A stretch of 64,000 bases of DNA from Candidatus Moraniibacteriota bacterium (GCA_041583775.1 JBFHFF010000006.1:461-64460); one strand, 5' to 3'; positions 9,401 to 18,332 are shown, numbered from the stretch's first letter. Notes: generated by a model not told the origin, from the letters alone. Made by a program: numbers and translations.

Positions 9401-10831
9401 AGTACGGATAGAATCGGTATAGGGACTTCAACTCCAGATAGAGCAAAATTAGTAGTTGAGGGTTCAGTTACCTATGATAATGGAGTCTATGGATTTCTTG
9501 ATTCCTCTGGAACAGTAAACACTTCAAGTGGTGCAGTGAACACCTCTATCTACGCTTCCAACAGGATTGTTGCCTCAGAATTCGATGCTGTTTCTGATAG
9601 ACGAGTAAAAATAGATATAAATCACATCTCAAATGCTTTGGATTTGGTTGAAAATTTGGATGTAGTTGCTTATAACAAGCTCACAAAAGATAGCCCTTCT
9701 GCAATGGGTGAAATGGGGTTGATTGCACAGGATTTAGTTGATGTGTTTCCGCTTGCAGTTCGTGTTAGTCAAGGTCAGGTCCCTGGTATAAACGGGGAAT
9801 GGAAAAATGTTAATGATTTTCATTCCGTAAACTATCAAACAGTTACTATGTTGGGAATTCAGGCCATCCAAGAACTGGCTTCAACAGTGAAGAATCGAGA
9901 AGAGATGATATTGAAAAATGTTGACAAAGTAACAACACTAGACCTTCGAACGCAAAATATCGTTTTAGCAGAAAAAGGAAAAACTATTTTTAAAGGAATG
10001 GTAGTTGCCGATGTTTTGAAAGCTAATCGAATTGAAGGTCTTGAATTTATCACTAAAGACATAGCCGATACGGATATGAATTTAGCAAAGACCGCAGAAG
10101 AACTAGAAACACTTGCGCTTCAAGTGGAGAGCCTCAATCAGGACTTTTCGAAAATGACATCATCTTTTAGTGTGAAAAATTTGGAAGTAATGAGCTTGGC
10201 TAAACTAAAAGAATTAGAAGTGAATGATGCTGTGACTTTCAAGGGTAAGGCCGAATTTCAAGGACCAGTTGTTTTCAGAAAGATTGCTGAGTTTATTGAT
10301 AAAACAGTATTTAGAAATGATGTTGAATTTGCTGGTAGAGTTGAAAATAAAGGCACAGTTACATTTAATAGTGATACCGCTGGTTATGCTGTGATAAAAT
10401 CTGGCAAGAATAAAGTTGATGTTGTTTTTAAAAATGAATATACCACAACTCCAATCATTACGGCAACATTGCGTTCTGCAGTGAAGCTAGACTGGTATCG
10501 TGTGACAGATGAATCAACTAAAGGCTTTACAATTGAAATTGACCCAGAAAAAGAAAAAGATATCAAGTTTGCTTGGACAGCGGTAATGGTTAGTGATGCC
10601 GAAGAAACAAAAAGCGAAGAATCGAAAGGTGATAGTGATGATGATATCGATGTAGGTAGCAATATAGAGGAAAATAACTCATTTGAAGATAATATTCCAG
10701 AAACTAAACCCAATATTATTGATGGAGATGAAGAATTCAATCAAGTTGATGAAGATGAAAGCGCAATGGACAGCCAAATAGAAGTTGAAAAAATCATTGC
10801 CCCAGTTGATATTGAAAAGGAGATAAATTAA
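3437..10831 (+). CDS. Giant membrane-anchored tail-fibre-like surface protein with ~15 GNVGIGTTSP-type modules and a peptidase S74 (intramolecular chaperone) domain
   Basis: N-terminal hydrophobic helix; repeated GxVGIGT motifs; SDRRVK..I...GLIAQDL..VFP motif and coiled coil; start may be ATG 3455. Confidence 0.85.
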   Translation: MKIINLMGSKSKNNNKIKSRNNRIIFSVILAISLISFGLFLSWQTIAAAGSFSLKDILSDGKRVLDGIWIDKKITYIVDSQIDSGKKSQKEEGLYSENFVLPTPIPKDGDYVLSTDGNGGLKWSLTNTESSLSGNEIDGKIAHQTNELVLTEEGQFDIERGGDVFDGVFAKKGSLLIGNGSGYTSANLISSDSSIVFGNRFGSIDLTSSLGKKVDISGETNLRIDKELKLTGDFLSISSSIARDSELHNAITLNGPADYITLDGQNISRNLINLTSHITGILPIANGGTGTASGSPTFTGLTLEGNQVLNGAFSIRESGTSSAYYTTFVGADQAGNITYTLPTGAPAGNNYVLTAQTDGTMTWSSVSGTGGVSGIGSANQVAYWTDSNTITGENYLSISRGGTGTATLNDLISLGIHTSGSYISTITGNTQIVVGGVGAENAIATLALGTDSIGDAQLVFDTGQNLTVISNPTFSGLNLSNLTSGSVVFVGVDGLISQNNTDFFWDNINSRLGIGTVNPLVSLDIVGGIAGRNVSGSNNGAFIYDIDAGNARLTLYDSTGNGAFRFDSTGGSYALGDSFGIGDSSPDGKLEVRQTATADVLNLYDGSSNVFTVVDGGNVGIGNISPQQKLDVNGIILATGGSSTNWNTAYGWGNHASFGYLTSEVDPIFVASDAYGISATDISNWNSSYSGGISGSGTSGYLLKFTGTNSVSNSILQDSGIGEVRVVGNIMPEMTGATGNISIRNIGDEDNRFGHIWAEDVHIGANSLYVNGKKVISDVSSVMNFTTDIDQSMIVKSTGIGSLGLQSDQGTLFLNSNALISANGKGGISLLVSSDNPSMNLNLTNSSLNGNITFNGTGSNSQILASAVQKISLTAPSVELNGIVTAGTWRGTAIEDGYIASAATWNAMQSSLGFTPLDIAGSNTMTANLKLGNHTLIGGTSTIDILKLQGTSGNGTLTSPAIQMNVGDNGATNALTVLNNGNVGIGTTSPGAKLEVAGGTDGRLKIYGDSYQSNMRVATGGVYWTAGTIENETAFWQFSASGGINNLKTGSRDFQIYATDSNNPIAYFTTTGNVGIGTTTPSAKLSIKGAGTTTGINFQTTNSAGSPLVTMLDSGNVGIGTTTPAYALDVAGNVYFRQVVGQNQLVVGQASAQSGYRAFIKAGNLANIGLGIRGASGQTANLFQWENDSGTGLGGIDASGNVGIGTTSPTSPLHIEADNDPKAILVNNGGLRMNGGNSFFIFSNLASNSFDGISNVINNFNNYAGLLLRKTSTGTGDYFLVEDSATNSIFKIDTNGRVGIGTTSPGEKLEVDNGNIIANIGKVISAATNYRFTMDATNGGGPRLSLGNNSVPSSFFEIGAWSDRNNFDTKARDLQFYSTAAPIGFILKQDTGNVGIGTTSPGDKLTISGGSFAIRETDDGNDALRFDSGTQSGALRLYSNGTKTIEIHGYDTNPSYFNGGNVGIGTTSPQAKLDVSNLVTDNTDNSIGVRTSITANATSDNSGSVYGLIFSSNSGKDSYNRTGSLYGLQGFSYHNGTGTLGTAVGGKLGVRVNADSPGIINSVNGIEVSSGISSGKSGRILNNYDIRLNSPLLGTGGEIINDYGLYIGNRVGTGLNYSIYTGTAQSYFGGNVGIGTESPLSLLHLGGTPGSLASGLTFGDGDSGFYENSDDVLRLQLGGNLAIQMYYDFIKGSSSGAFSMRSLSGSALYPTYSFIGDENTGLFSNTADVLQFSTNGSEKMRIDTAGNIGIGTTSPTVALEIQGGTDPKIKIKGTRPYLSLETTQTGNTDWTFVGGYYSADSLSVRAGTANIMTFLNNGNIGIGTTSSSAKLSIKGTGTTTGINFQTTDSAGSPLVTMFDNGKVGVGTTSPLTTLDVVGNFQFRDAETPTKGVRYRFGSATDLEASGAPLYFSVWDDSNFLGFQRQKMVMFSGSNETHGLKKWVWKDYVGASINHIIDGSGGVVFNESGNDFDTRIEGDTDQNLLFIDASTDRIGIGTSTPDRAKLVVEGSVTYDNGVYGFLDSSGTVNTSSGAVNTSIYASNRIVASEFDAVSDRRVKIDINHISNALDLVENLDVVAYNKLTKDSPSAMGEMGLIAQDLVDVFPLAVRVSQGQVPGINGEWKNVNDFHSVNYQTVTMLGIQAIQELASTVKNREEMILKNVDKVTTLDLRTQNIVLAEKGKTIFKGMVVADVLKANRIEGLEFITKDIADTDMNLAKTAEELETLALQVESLNQDFSKMTSSFSVKNLEVMSLAKLKELEVNDAVTFKGKAEFQGPVVFRKIAEFIDKTVFRNDVEFAGRVENKGTVTFNSDTAGYAVIKSGKNKVDVVFKNEYTTTPIITATLRSAVKLDWYRVTDESTKGFTIEIDPEKEKDIKFAWTAVMVSDAEETKSEESKGDSDDDIDVGSNIEENNSFEDNIPETKPNIIDGDEEFNQVDEDESAMDSQIEVEKIIAPVDIEKEIN
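6679..6789 (+). repeat. Intragenic module duplication, copy 1 (copy 2 at 8917-9027)
   Basis: ~111 bp with about 11 mismatches by manual alignment; SAKLSIKG.GTTTGINFQTT.SAGSPLVTM. Confidence 0.9.
8917..9027 (+). repeat. Intragenic module duplication, copy 2
   Basis: Matches 6679-6789. Confidence 0.9.
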
Positions 10832-10868
10832 TAGAAAAATAAATACAACAAATAAAAACCAGTATTAT

Positions 10869-11639
10869 ATGGCAAAAAAAACAGTTAAAAAAGCTTCAAT
10901 AAAAGCTTCTGAAAAAAAGGTTGAGGCAATTGAAGAGGAAATAAAACCAGGTAGACTAATTGTTTATTTGCTAAGGTTTCTGATCGTCGCAACTATTTTA
11001 GGACTATCCGGAACCTCTTTTTATTATTATCAACAATATAGAAAAGTAAAAATCAGCCCAGAAATTTCAGTTCAGAGCGAAAAGAAACAGATTATTGACA
11101 AGATTTCTTCTTTTATGTTGCTCCCAGAAGAAGAGCCAACAATTGCCACCGTAAGTGATAAAGAGAAACTGAGCGAAAAAGATTTTTTCAAAAATTCTGA
11201 AAATGGTGACAAAATTCTAATTTATGCTGAATCAAAAAAAGCCATTCTCTACCGCCCATCTATAAATAAAATCATCGAAGTGGCACCACTACTTATGAAT
11301 CAAGAAGATATAGATGTTAAGGAAAAGGGGAAAGAAAAAACTGATAAGTCAACTTTTTCAGAGGAGGAATTGAATATTTCAATCAGAAACGGCACTAAAA
11401 AAGCTGGTTTAGCTGCTAGGACTGAAACCAAATTAGTTTCAGTTGAAGGAATAAGTGTCTATGAAAAAAGTAACACCGTTAGGGACGATTATAAGGAAAC
11501 CTTGATAATCGATATAACAAAGAAAAATGATAACTTGGTGGATGAAATTGCCACTGTGCTAGGAGGAGAAACTTCAACTCTCCCCGAAGATGAGTCTGTT
11601 TCTGATGATGTGGATGTTCTTGTTATTGTTGGGGAGTAA
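10869..11639 (+). CDS. Membrane protein with C-terminal LytR_C domain
   Basis: TM helix; ISIRNGTKKAGLAA...DVLVIVG motif. Confidence 0.8.
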   Translation: MAKKTVKKASIKASEKKVEAIEEEIKPGRLIVYLLRFLIVATILGLSGTSFYYYQQYRKVKISPEISVQSEKKQIIDKISSFMLLPEEEPTIATVSDKEKLSEKDFFKNSENGDKILIYAESKKAILYRPSINKIIEVAPLLMNQEDIDVKEKGKEKTDKSTFSEEELNISIRNGTKKAGLAARTETKLVSVEGISVYEKSNTVRDDYKETLIIDITKKNDNLVDEIATVLGGETSTLPEDESVSDDVDVLVIVGE

Positions 11640-11659
11640 ATCATAGTCTATAGCATATA

Positions 11660-12085
11660 ATGGAGAACAGAGAATTAAAAAAGGCACTCAAAGAAACATT
11701 CAAAACAATAAAAATTTCATTTCCCATAATCATCGGGGTGCTTTTGCTTATTAGTTTGGCGAATTCTTTATTTGCTGGACAATATGCAAAAATTTTTACG
11801 GGAAATTACTTCCTAGATCCCTTTGTAGGTGCGATTTTAGGAAGTGTGTCTTTTGGAATTCCCATCACCAGCTATGTGGCTGGTGGAGAACTGTTAAAAG
11901 AAGGTGTTAGCTTGCTTGCAGTCACAGCTTTTATTCTCTCCTGGACAACCGTTGGCGTGGCAATGTTGCCAATTGAAATTCGAGCTTTTGGAAAGAAATT
12001 TGCTTTATTACGAAATTCTTTGAATTTTATTTCCTCAATTGTCATTGCAGTTCTAACAATTGTTACGCTAAAAATTCTAAGTTAA
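11660..12085 (+). CDS. Predicted permease half (DUF318/ArsP-like)
   Basis: Hydrophobic; GAILGS..G.PI.SY...GELL..GVS motif. Confidence 0.7.
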   Translation: MENRELKKALKETFKTIKISFPIIIGVLLLISLANSLFAGQYAKIFTGNYFLDPFVGAILGSVSFGIPITSYVAGGELLKEGVSLLAVTAFILSWTTVGVAMLPIEIRAFGKKFALLRNSLNFISSIVIAVLTIVTLKILS

Positions 12086-12088
12086 AAA

Positions 12089-12604
12089 ATGGTTTTGAAT
12101 AAATTTAAAAAAGTTCCAGGTGGTTTGAAATTTCTGGCAGTAGTATTATCAATCTATGTTTTGACTGGGATAGTTGATTTTGATTTTGCAAAAATTGCTT
12201 TCTCTCGTTTTTTTGAAACATTTACTGGAATTTTCAAGATTTTATTGATAGTTTTTATTGTAATGTTTTTTGTTAACATTTTTGTTAAGCCAGAAACAAT
12301 CAGGAGGCATCTCGGAAAGGATTCTGGTGCCAAGGGTTGGTTCTATGCTATCATTGGTTCAATTCTGATTTCTGGTCCACCATATATCCTTTTCCCTTTT
12401 TTAGGTGAATTAAGAAAACACGGCGTGAAAGATTCTCTCCTGATTGTTTTTTTGAACAACCGAAATATTCAACCAGTTTTTCTGCCAGTGATGATTTTCT
12501 ATTTTGGAACTCCTTTTACAGTAATAATATCTATTTATATCATCCTTTTTTCTTTTGTAAACGGTTTGATAGTAGGAAAAATACTAGAAAGCAAAATAGA
12601 TTAG
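12089..12604 (+). CDS. Predicted permease half (DUF318/ArsP-like)
   Basis: Hydrophobic; HLGKDSG.KG..GPPY..FP.L.EL motif; 3 bp after the partner gene. Confidence 0.7.
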   Translation: MVLNKFKKVPGGLKFLAVVLSIYVLTGIVDFDFAKIAFSRFFETFTGIFKILLIVFIVMFFVNIFVKPETIRRHLGKDSGAKGWFYAIIGSILISGPPYILFPFLGELRKHGVKDSLLIVFLNNRNIQPVFLPVMIFYFGTPFTVIISIYIILFSFVNGLIVGKILESKID

Positions 12605-12787
12605 TTTACTGTTTTTGGTTCTATTGAATAAAAGTGAAAATAAATTATTTTTTCTTCGTATAAAATTAATGTGACCTAAAAAGGAGGAACAATAACCTCT
12701 CTTTATTAATTACTAATATCAATTTTCTAAAATATCATTATCTTGCTTCTGGATTTTTGATAATTTAGAAATGAGAAACAAAAACAA

Positions 12788-13231
12788 ATGTTTAAAAGAA
12801 TTGCTGTTTTAGTCTCAGTCTTTATTGCAATCATTGTTTTTTCTGGGTGTGAAAAGCAAGTGGAAAACTCGACTTCTCAGAATCTACAAACGCAGAATTC
12901 TGAAATGTCAGCTCAGGAGTCTGTTGGTGGGCAAAAAGGAGAAATGGGAGATCGGGTTGGTAATGGAAATGCTGGTAGAGGGGCGGGAATGAATTCTGCT
13001 GAAACCAAAGAAGCATGTGTTGATAAGTCGGAAGGGGATAGTTGTCAATTTATAGTCACCAACGAAACGGAAGGTGACACTGAAATTACCGGAATATGCA
13101 AACTTCCTGGACAAAGAGCGGATGTCGAGTCAATTGAAACTGAAGCAGAGCTTCTTTGTCGACCAGATAATGGTGATATGCCAAGCAGAGGTAATGGCCC
13201 AGCACCAACAGAGGTAAACATTACTGAATAA
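12788..13231 (+). CDS. Putative lipoprotein
   Basis: Lipobox FSGC; AC..KSEGDSC Cys motif. Confidence 0.7.
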   Translation: MFKRIAVLVSVFIAIIVFSGCEKQVENSTSQNLQTQNSEMSAQESVGGQKGEMGDRVGNGNAGRGAGMNSAETKEACVDKSEGDSCQFIVTNETEGDTEITGICKLPGQRADVESIETEAELLCRPDNGDMPSRGNGPAPTEVNITE

Positions 13232-13490
13232 ATCAGAATAGAAAAATAGACCAGAGCAATCAGGTCTGTTTTTTTATATCTAGAAAGAAAATTCATTTTT
13301 GCAAACATTTTTAAATAGGGGCGTATATATATAATGTGATTTGTTAGAGAAGATCTCAGATAATTCAAGTTTCAATCTTTAGTTTAATTCTATTTTGTGC
13401 ACAAATAAGAATATTATAAAACACATCAACTTTGCATTATCGAGTTTAGAAATTTAACAAATTGATAATTTAAACATTTAAAAATGAAAA

Positions 13491-14012
13491 ATGAAGAAAG
13501 GTAATAAAATATTAATTCCAACAATTGCGCTTAGTATTTTCACAGTTGCAGGAGCAGTAGGAATCGGTAGTGCATTTGCAGACGATAGTCAGCATTCTTC
13601 TATCGCTCAGAAAATAGCAGATCGTTTTAGTTTGAATGTTGATGATGTTAATAAAGTTTTTGAGGAGCAACAAGCAGAACGCCAAGCTGAAATGAAACAA
13701 AAACAAGAAGACCAACTTAATTCACTAGTAAGTGAGGGAAAAATTACAGAAGAGCAAAAACAACTCCTAATTAATAAATTTGAGGAAAAGAGAGCGGAAA
13801 ATGAAAGTAATAAAGGAAATAAATCTCAAAACAAAGAAGAATTTAAGAATATGACACAGGAAGAAAGAAAGGCAGAACGAGCTCAGAGACAAGCGGAAAT
13901 GGATGCTTGGTTTGAGGCAAATGGAATAGATAAAGAATTATTTTCAAAAATGGGTGAAAACGGTCCACAAGGTCAGAGAGGTCCTCATGGAGGTAACAAT
14001 GGCAGAAAATAA
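13491..14012 (+). CDS. Secreted helical hypothetical protein
   Basis: Signal peptide; LV.EGKITEEQ motif; terminator at ~14060-14088. Confidence 0.75.
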   Translation: MKKGNKILIPTIALSIFTVAGAVGIGSAFADDSQHSSIAQKIADRFSLNVDDVNKVFEEQQAERQAEMKQKQEDQLNSLVSEGKITEEQKQLLINKFEEKRAENESNKGNKSQNKEEFKNMTQEERKAERAQRQAEMDAWFEANGIDKELFSKMGENGPQGQRGPHGGNNGRK

Positions 14013-14173
14013 ACTTAATCTAAAAGCAAAGGAATTGTAACACCCAAAGCTAAATCATCAAAAACACGCTATAAAAGCGTGTTTTTGTTGATTTTTTGAA
14101 AACAAAAATGTATTTTTGCGTATTTAATAAGTAAGCAGACAAAAGAACTGTAATAACCTTTTTGAATAAATAT

Positions 14174-14593
14174 ATGAAAAAAATAACTTTCTACATATTT
14201 TTAATATTGGGATTTGCGCTAACTGCAAAAAATGTTTTAGCGGATGGTTTTAATAATTCGCGATTGGGAGATTATCCGATGGGGGGATGTATAGCGGATA
14301 AGGCGGGTGATCAAAGTGGAATTTTCTTGAGAGGAGGTGATGGACATATGGGATATATGATGAGCGGCGGTAGTTATATATGGTTTGGTTGGATATTTGC
14401 ACTTATTTTTTGGGTGTTAATTATTGCTGGAATCGCTTGGGGTTTGAAATATTTCTTGGAAAAGAGGAGAGGCGAAGCGTCAAATGAAATTACTAAAAAA
14501 GAAGAATTACCACTGGAAATTCTAAAAACTAGATATGCTAAAGGGGAAATAGATAAAGTGGAATATGATAAAATAAAAAAAGACCTGGAATAA
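14174..14593 (+). CDS. SHOCT-domain membrane protein
   Basis: TM helix then LEILKTRYAKGEIDKVEY; ATG 14174 (possible internal start after AGGAGG at ~14333). Confidence 0.8.
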   Translation: MKKITFYIFLILGFALTAKNVLADGFNNSRLGDYPMGGCIADKAGDQSGIFLRGGDGHMGYMMSGGSYIWFGWIFALIFWVLIIAGIAWGLKYFLEKRRGEASNEITKKEELPLEILKTRYAKGEIDKVEYDKIKKDLE

Positions 14594-14803
14594 CAGCGTC
14601 ATAGAAGGGATTAATCCAAATTAATTTCTCAGAAGCATTTTCTTTGTTTGAAATGAAAGGACTAGAAGTTTCAAGTTGACATAAAAAGTCACAGTCCTTT
14701 TGTGTTATAGAAATAAATGATAAACTTGATTTGAAAGTGAAAAATGTTGGAAATTTCTAAAGATTTCTAATGTTGTAGAGATTATTTATTTTGTGGTTTA
14801 TAA

Positions 14804-15115
14804 ATGTCAAAAGGACACAGAGCCGGAGGAAAAGTTTCAGGAAAACATACGACGGTGATTCCTGCTTCAGAAAAAATCGTCGATTTTTTAGAAAAGCAAA
14901 TTGAAATCAAAAAGATTTCGGTTGGTTTTATTAAACAGGGAATTAAAGGGGGGAATCATTCTATTAAAATAACAAAAACAGCTAGTGGGTTGCTTTTAAA
15001 AGTGCGTGGAACAGCTAGTATTCAGGATATTTGGGTGTATACGGATGATGTTGAAAATGTAGCAAAAACAATTAAAGATGAATTTGCTTTTCTTTTTGAT
15101 GTAGCAGTGCTATAA
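14804..15115 (+). CDS. DUF2103-like protein
   Basis: GGKVSGKHTTVI...GLLLKVRG..SIQ motif. Confidence 0.65.
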   Translation: MSKGHRAGGKVSGKHTTVIPASEKIVDFLEKQIEIKKISVGFIKQGIKGGNHSIKITKTASGLLLKVRGTASIQDIWVYTDDVENVAKTIKDEFAFLFDVAVL

Positions 15116-15186
15116 ATTGAGGACATTTTGTTTGGAGTCATTGACCTTTTATTGAAATACTTTTATAGTTAAGTTGTAATTAATTT

Positions 15187-16638
15187 ATGGTATCTGCTGC
15201 TCTAGGTAGATTTTTTTCTGATTTATTTTTTTTGAAACTCAAACAATTTTTTATTATTATAATATTTCTTCTAGTCCCATTTTTTGTAGATGCAAAGGAC
15301 TATGATTTTTATGTTGATGAATCAGCGAAGAGCGGTGGGGATGGGAGTGTTGGGAAACCGTTTAAACAAATAGAAAGCGCGATTAAAAAAGCAGAAAAAG
15401 CAGGAGGTTCTAATGAAATTTACATTTACAAAGGAGATTATGCTGGTGGTTTTACGATTGGAAAATCAATGTCGTTGATTGGCGAAGATGATGGCAAGGT
15501 TGTTATTGCCGGAACAGTTACTATGGCAGATAATTCTGAGATTAAAAACTTGACCGTGAAAGGTGGTTATGTTTCAGTTTCCGTACTTAAGAATGCGGAG
15601 GTTGAGATTGAGGATTGCATAATTCGTGATTTTACAAAAATAGGAGTAGACATTGCAGGAGGAGACGGGAAATTGACGATTCAAGGTTCGAAAATTAAAA
15701 ATGGTGATGGTAAGGCTGTGTATGCACAAAGAGGAAACCGCATCAAATTTATTAACAATGAAATATATGATAATGATGAAGAGGGTTTTGATCTTAGATC
15801 AGATTTAAAAGGTGTTATCAGTGGAAATTATATTCATAATAATGGAGAGAGTGGGATAGAAGTTATTGTTGGTAAAGCAAATTTGGAGATTTCTAATAAT
15901 ACAATCAAAAACAATAAGGCCAGTGCAATTGCTGCCCAATTCTACGAGGATATGGATGATTTTGGAGATATTGATGTAAAAAACAATAAATTAACAGATA
16001 ACTCCGAAAATGCCGTTGATTGTAAAAATACTCAAGGAGGTTCAATTCCTTCCGGATACTGGATTGATTCCATTAAGATGGAGGGGAATTCAACAACGGG
16101 TAATGGAGATGGAGTTTTTGGCAAGAGCTGTAAGATGAAAATAGAGGAACCAGTCAAAGAAATTGCTGTCAAAGAGAAAACTCTTATTGAAGAAGGTGTT
16201 GAGGAAAGTAATGATGAAGATTTAATTGAAGAAGGTGTTGAAAGCGAGGAAGAATTGATTATGCAAGAAGAGGCAGCCGAAAGAGAGACTAGGCAACAAG
16301 AAGTGAAATTGATTTTGGAGAAAAATGTTGGCAGCAGTGAACTTTCAAGGGGTAATATTAAAAAAGTCGAAGCTAGAGGTAAATTGAAAACTTTCTTTTT
16401 AGGTGTTAATCAGGATGAGTTTGAGACTGCTCAGTCTAATCTAAAAACACAAGAAATTGAGTTGCAAAAAGCAATAGAAATTTTAGGAGGTGATTATCAA
16501 AAAATGTCAGAAGGGGAGACTTTAAAAACTAAAACAAACGAGGAATTGAGTTGGGTTTCTGAGCAAAAGAGACAACTTGATATAAAAGGAAATACTTTTA
16601 GTTTGTGGGGCTGGATTAAGAAAATATTCCATTTTTAA
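15187..16638 (+). CDS. Secreted right-handed beta-helix (pectin-lyase-like) protein with helical C-terminal domain
   Basis: YVD..A..GGDGS..KPFKQI motif; Asn-rich PbH1 repeats. Confidence 0.8.
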   Translation: MVSAALGRFFSDLFFLKLKQFFIIIIFLLVPFFVDAKDYDFYVDESAKSGGDGSVGKPFKQIESAIKKAEKAGGSNEIYIYKGDYAGGFTIGKSMSLIGEDDGKVVIAGTVTMADNSEIKNLTVKGGYVSVSVLKNAEVEIEDCIIRDFTKIGVDIAGGDGKLTIQGSKIKNGDGKAVYAQRGNRIKFINNEIYDNDEEGFDLRSDLKGVISGNYIHNNGESGIEVIVGKANLEISNNTIKNNKASAIAAQFYEDMDDFGDIDVKNNKLTDNSENAVDCKNTQGGSIPSGYWIDSIKMEGNSTTGNGDGVFGKSCKMKIEEPVKEIAVKEKTLIEEGVEESNDEDLIEEGVESEEELIMQEEAAERETRQQEVKLILEKNVGSSELSRGNIKKVEARGKLKTFFLGVNQDEFETAQSNLKTQEIELQKAIEILGGDYQKMSEGETLKTKTNEELSWVSEQKRQLDIKGNTFSLWGWIKKIFHF

Positions 16639-16746
16639 TATAGAAATATACAAAACGCCGAAAGGCGTTTTTTTATTTGCAAAATTTTCTCAGAGGTGTA
16701 AGATAAACATATAGGTAAACAAAGTAAACAGTAAACAAAAAACAAA

Positions 16747-17409
16747 ATGGAACTTTTAAATCAAAAACAAGAAATATTTCTAGAAGCGTTAAAAGCATTT
16801 AATGCGAGAAAAGGAAGAATGCCATCGATTCGCGAGTTAAAAGAAGAAGTGAACTCTCTTGGACTTTCGTTAAGTAGTTCAAGGTCCATTACTCTTGGGT
16901 TGAAAGAGTTGGAGGACTTGGGATATATCAAAAGAACATCGAAGAGATACGGAATTGAAATTATTGAAAGACAAACGGAGTTTTTCTTAAACATTCCAAT
17001 TTTTGGAATGGCGAATTGCGGATCCCCTTGCATGGTAGCAGATAATCGTCCCGAGGGAATGTTAAGGGTTTCTAGGAATAGATTTTCAAGCACAAATGAG
17101 AATAAGAAAATATTTGCAATTCAGGCGGCTGGAAATTCTTTAAATTGTGCAAAGGTTAATGGAAATACAATCGAGAATTATGACTATCTCTTGATTGACC
17201 CAAATTATAATTCTTTTAAAGGTGACGGGAGCGAAATTGTACTTGCAATTATTGATGGGCTTGCGACTGTGAAAGTTTTGAAATATACGAGTGATGGAAA
17301 TGTCGTTTTGTCGCCAAAATCTACCGAAAAATTTCATGAACAAATTTATCTAACGAGAGATGATGATTTTGTAATCAATGGTCTTGTGGTGGAGGTTATG
17401 AAGTCCTAA
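16747..17409 (+). CDS. lexA: LexA/S24-family repressor
   Basis: N-terminal wHTH (PSIREL...LKELEDLGYIKR); NCG cleavage site; GNSL catalytic Ser; TVK Lys. Confidence 0.75.
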   Translation: MELLNQKQEIFLEALKAFNARKGRMPSIRELKEEVNSLGLSLSSSRSITLGLKELEDLGYIKRTSKRYGIEIIERQTEFFLNIPIFGMANCGSPCMVADNRPEGMLRVSRNRFSSTNENKKIFAIQAAGNSLNCAKVNGNTIENYDYLLIDPNYNSFKGDGSEIVLAIIDGLATVKVLKYTSDGNVVLSPKSTEKFHEQIYLTRDDDFVINGLVVEVMKS

Positions 17410-17537
17410 GAGATGGTAAACACTATCTTCCTTGTTGAGAAGGAGTCGGTGGATGGATAGAAAAAATTAGACTTTCGAATTGGCTTTTTCTCTCAAATAT
17501 GTGCTAAACTTTGAAAAATGATAAATAAAAATAAAAA

Positions 17538-17837
17538 ATGTTTTCTAAAATTTTTCTGATTGTTGGGGTTTTTGTTGTTCTGAACTTAACTGCTTTTTTG
17601 TTGATGTTGTTTGATAAAAACATTTCAAAAAAGAAGGGTGATAGAGTTAGAATTTCAGAAGGAATGTTGTTTTTTATGGCTACAATCTTTGGTAGTATCG
17701 GTGTATATTTGGGAATGTTTATTTTCAGGCACAAGACTCGCAGGTGGTATTTTATTTTTGGTATTCCACTTTTAATGTTGCAGAACATTTCTTTTTTATA
17801 TCTATTTTATAAGTTTCTTGTTTCTTTGGAGTTTTAA
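17538..17837 (+). CDS. DUF1294 membrane protein
   Basis: DK......RISE..LF...GS.G...GM..FRHKT motif. Confidence 0.85.
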   Translation: MFSKIFLIVGVFVVLNLTAFLLMLFDKNISKKKGDRVRISEGMLFFMATIFGSIGVYLGMFIFRHKTRRWYFIFGIPLLMLQNISFLYLFYKFLVSLEF

Positions 17838-17855
17838 ATTTTAATTTTAAAAAAG

Positions 17856-18332
17856 ATGGAATATTGGCTGATACTTGGAGTTATTTTAGCTTTATTGGGG
17901 GTAATAGGAAGTCTTGTGCCCGCTTTACCAGGGCCTACACTTAGTTTTATTTCTTTGTTGATTTTATATTTCGTTAAAGGTTCTGAGGTGTTTCCAACTT
18001 CCCTGTTGATTATTTTTGGGATGACGATGTTTATTTTGGTTTTATTAGACTATCTGGCGCCTATCTTTGGTGCTAAAATGTTTGGTGCGACTAGAAAAGG
18101 AGTTGTTGGTGCTTGTATTGGTGGGTTGCTGGGGATTTTTTTATTCCCCCCATTTGGTGTTTTTGTGGGGTCTTTCTTGGGAGCTGTAATGGCTGAACTT
18201 TTGGGTGGTAAGCAAATAGAAAAGGCTTTAAGGGCAGGAGTGGGAACTTTTTTAGGCTCGATTTTTGTTTTGATTTCACAAACAATTTTTTCCATAGTCG
18301 TCGTTATTTATTTTTTATTAAAGGTTAATTAG
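17856..18332 (+). CDS. DUF456 membrane protein
   Basis: G..GSLVPALPG...DYLA...GAK.FGAT motif. Confidence 0.85.
   Translation: MEYWLILGVILALLGVIGSLVPALPGPTLSFISLLILYFVKGSEVFPTSLLIIFGMTMFILVLLDYLAPIFGAKMFGATRKGVVGACIGGLLGIFLFPPFGVFVGSFLGAVMAELLGGKQIEKALRAGVGTFLGSIFVLISQTIFSIVVVIYFLLKVN

Noticed and set aside
3437-10831. Prophage tail gene or DGR target
   Set aside because: No structural phage genes nearby and no reverse transcriptase; mismatches between the duplicated modules are not restricted to adenines
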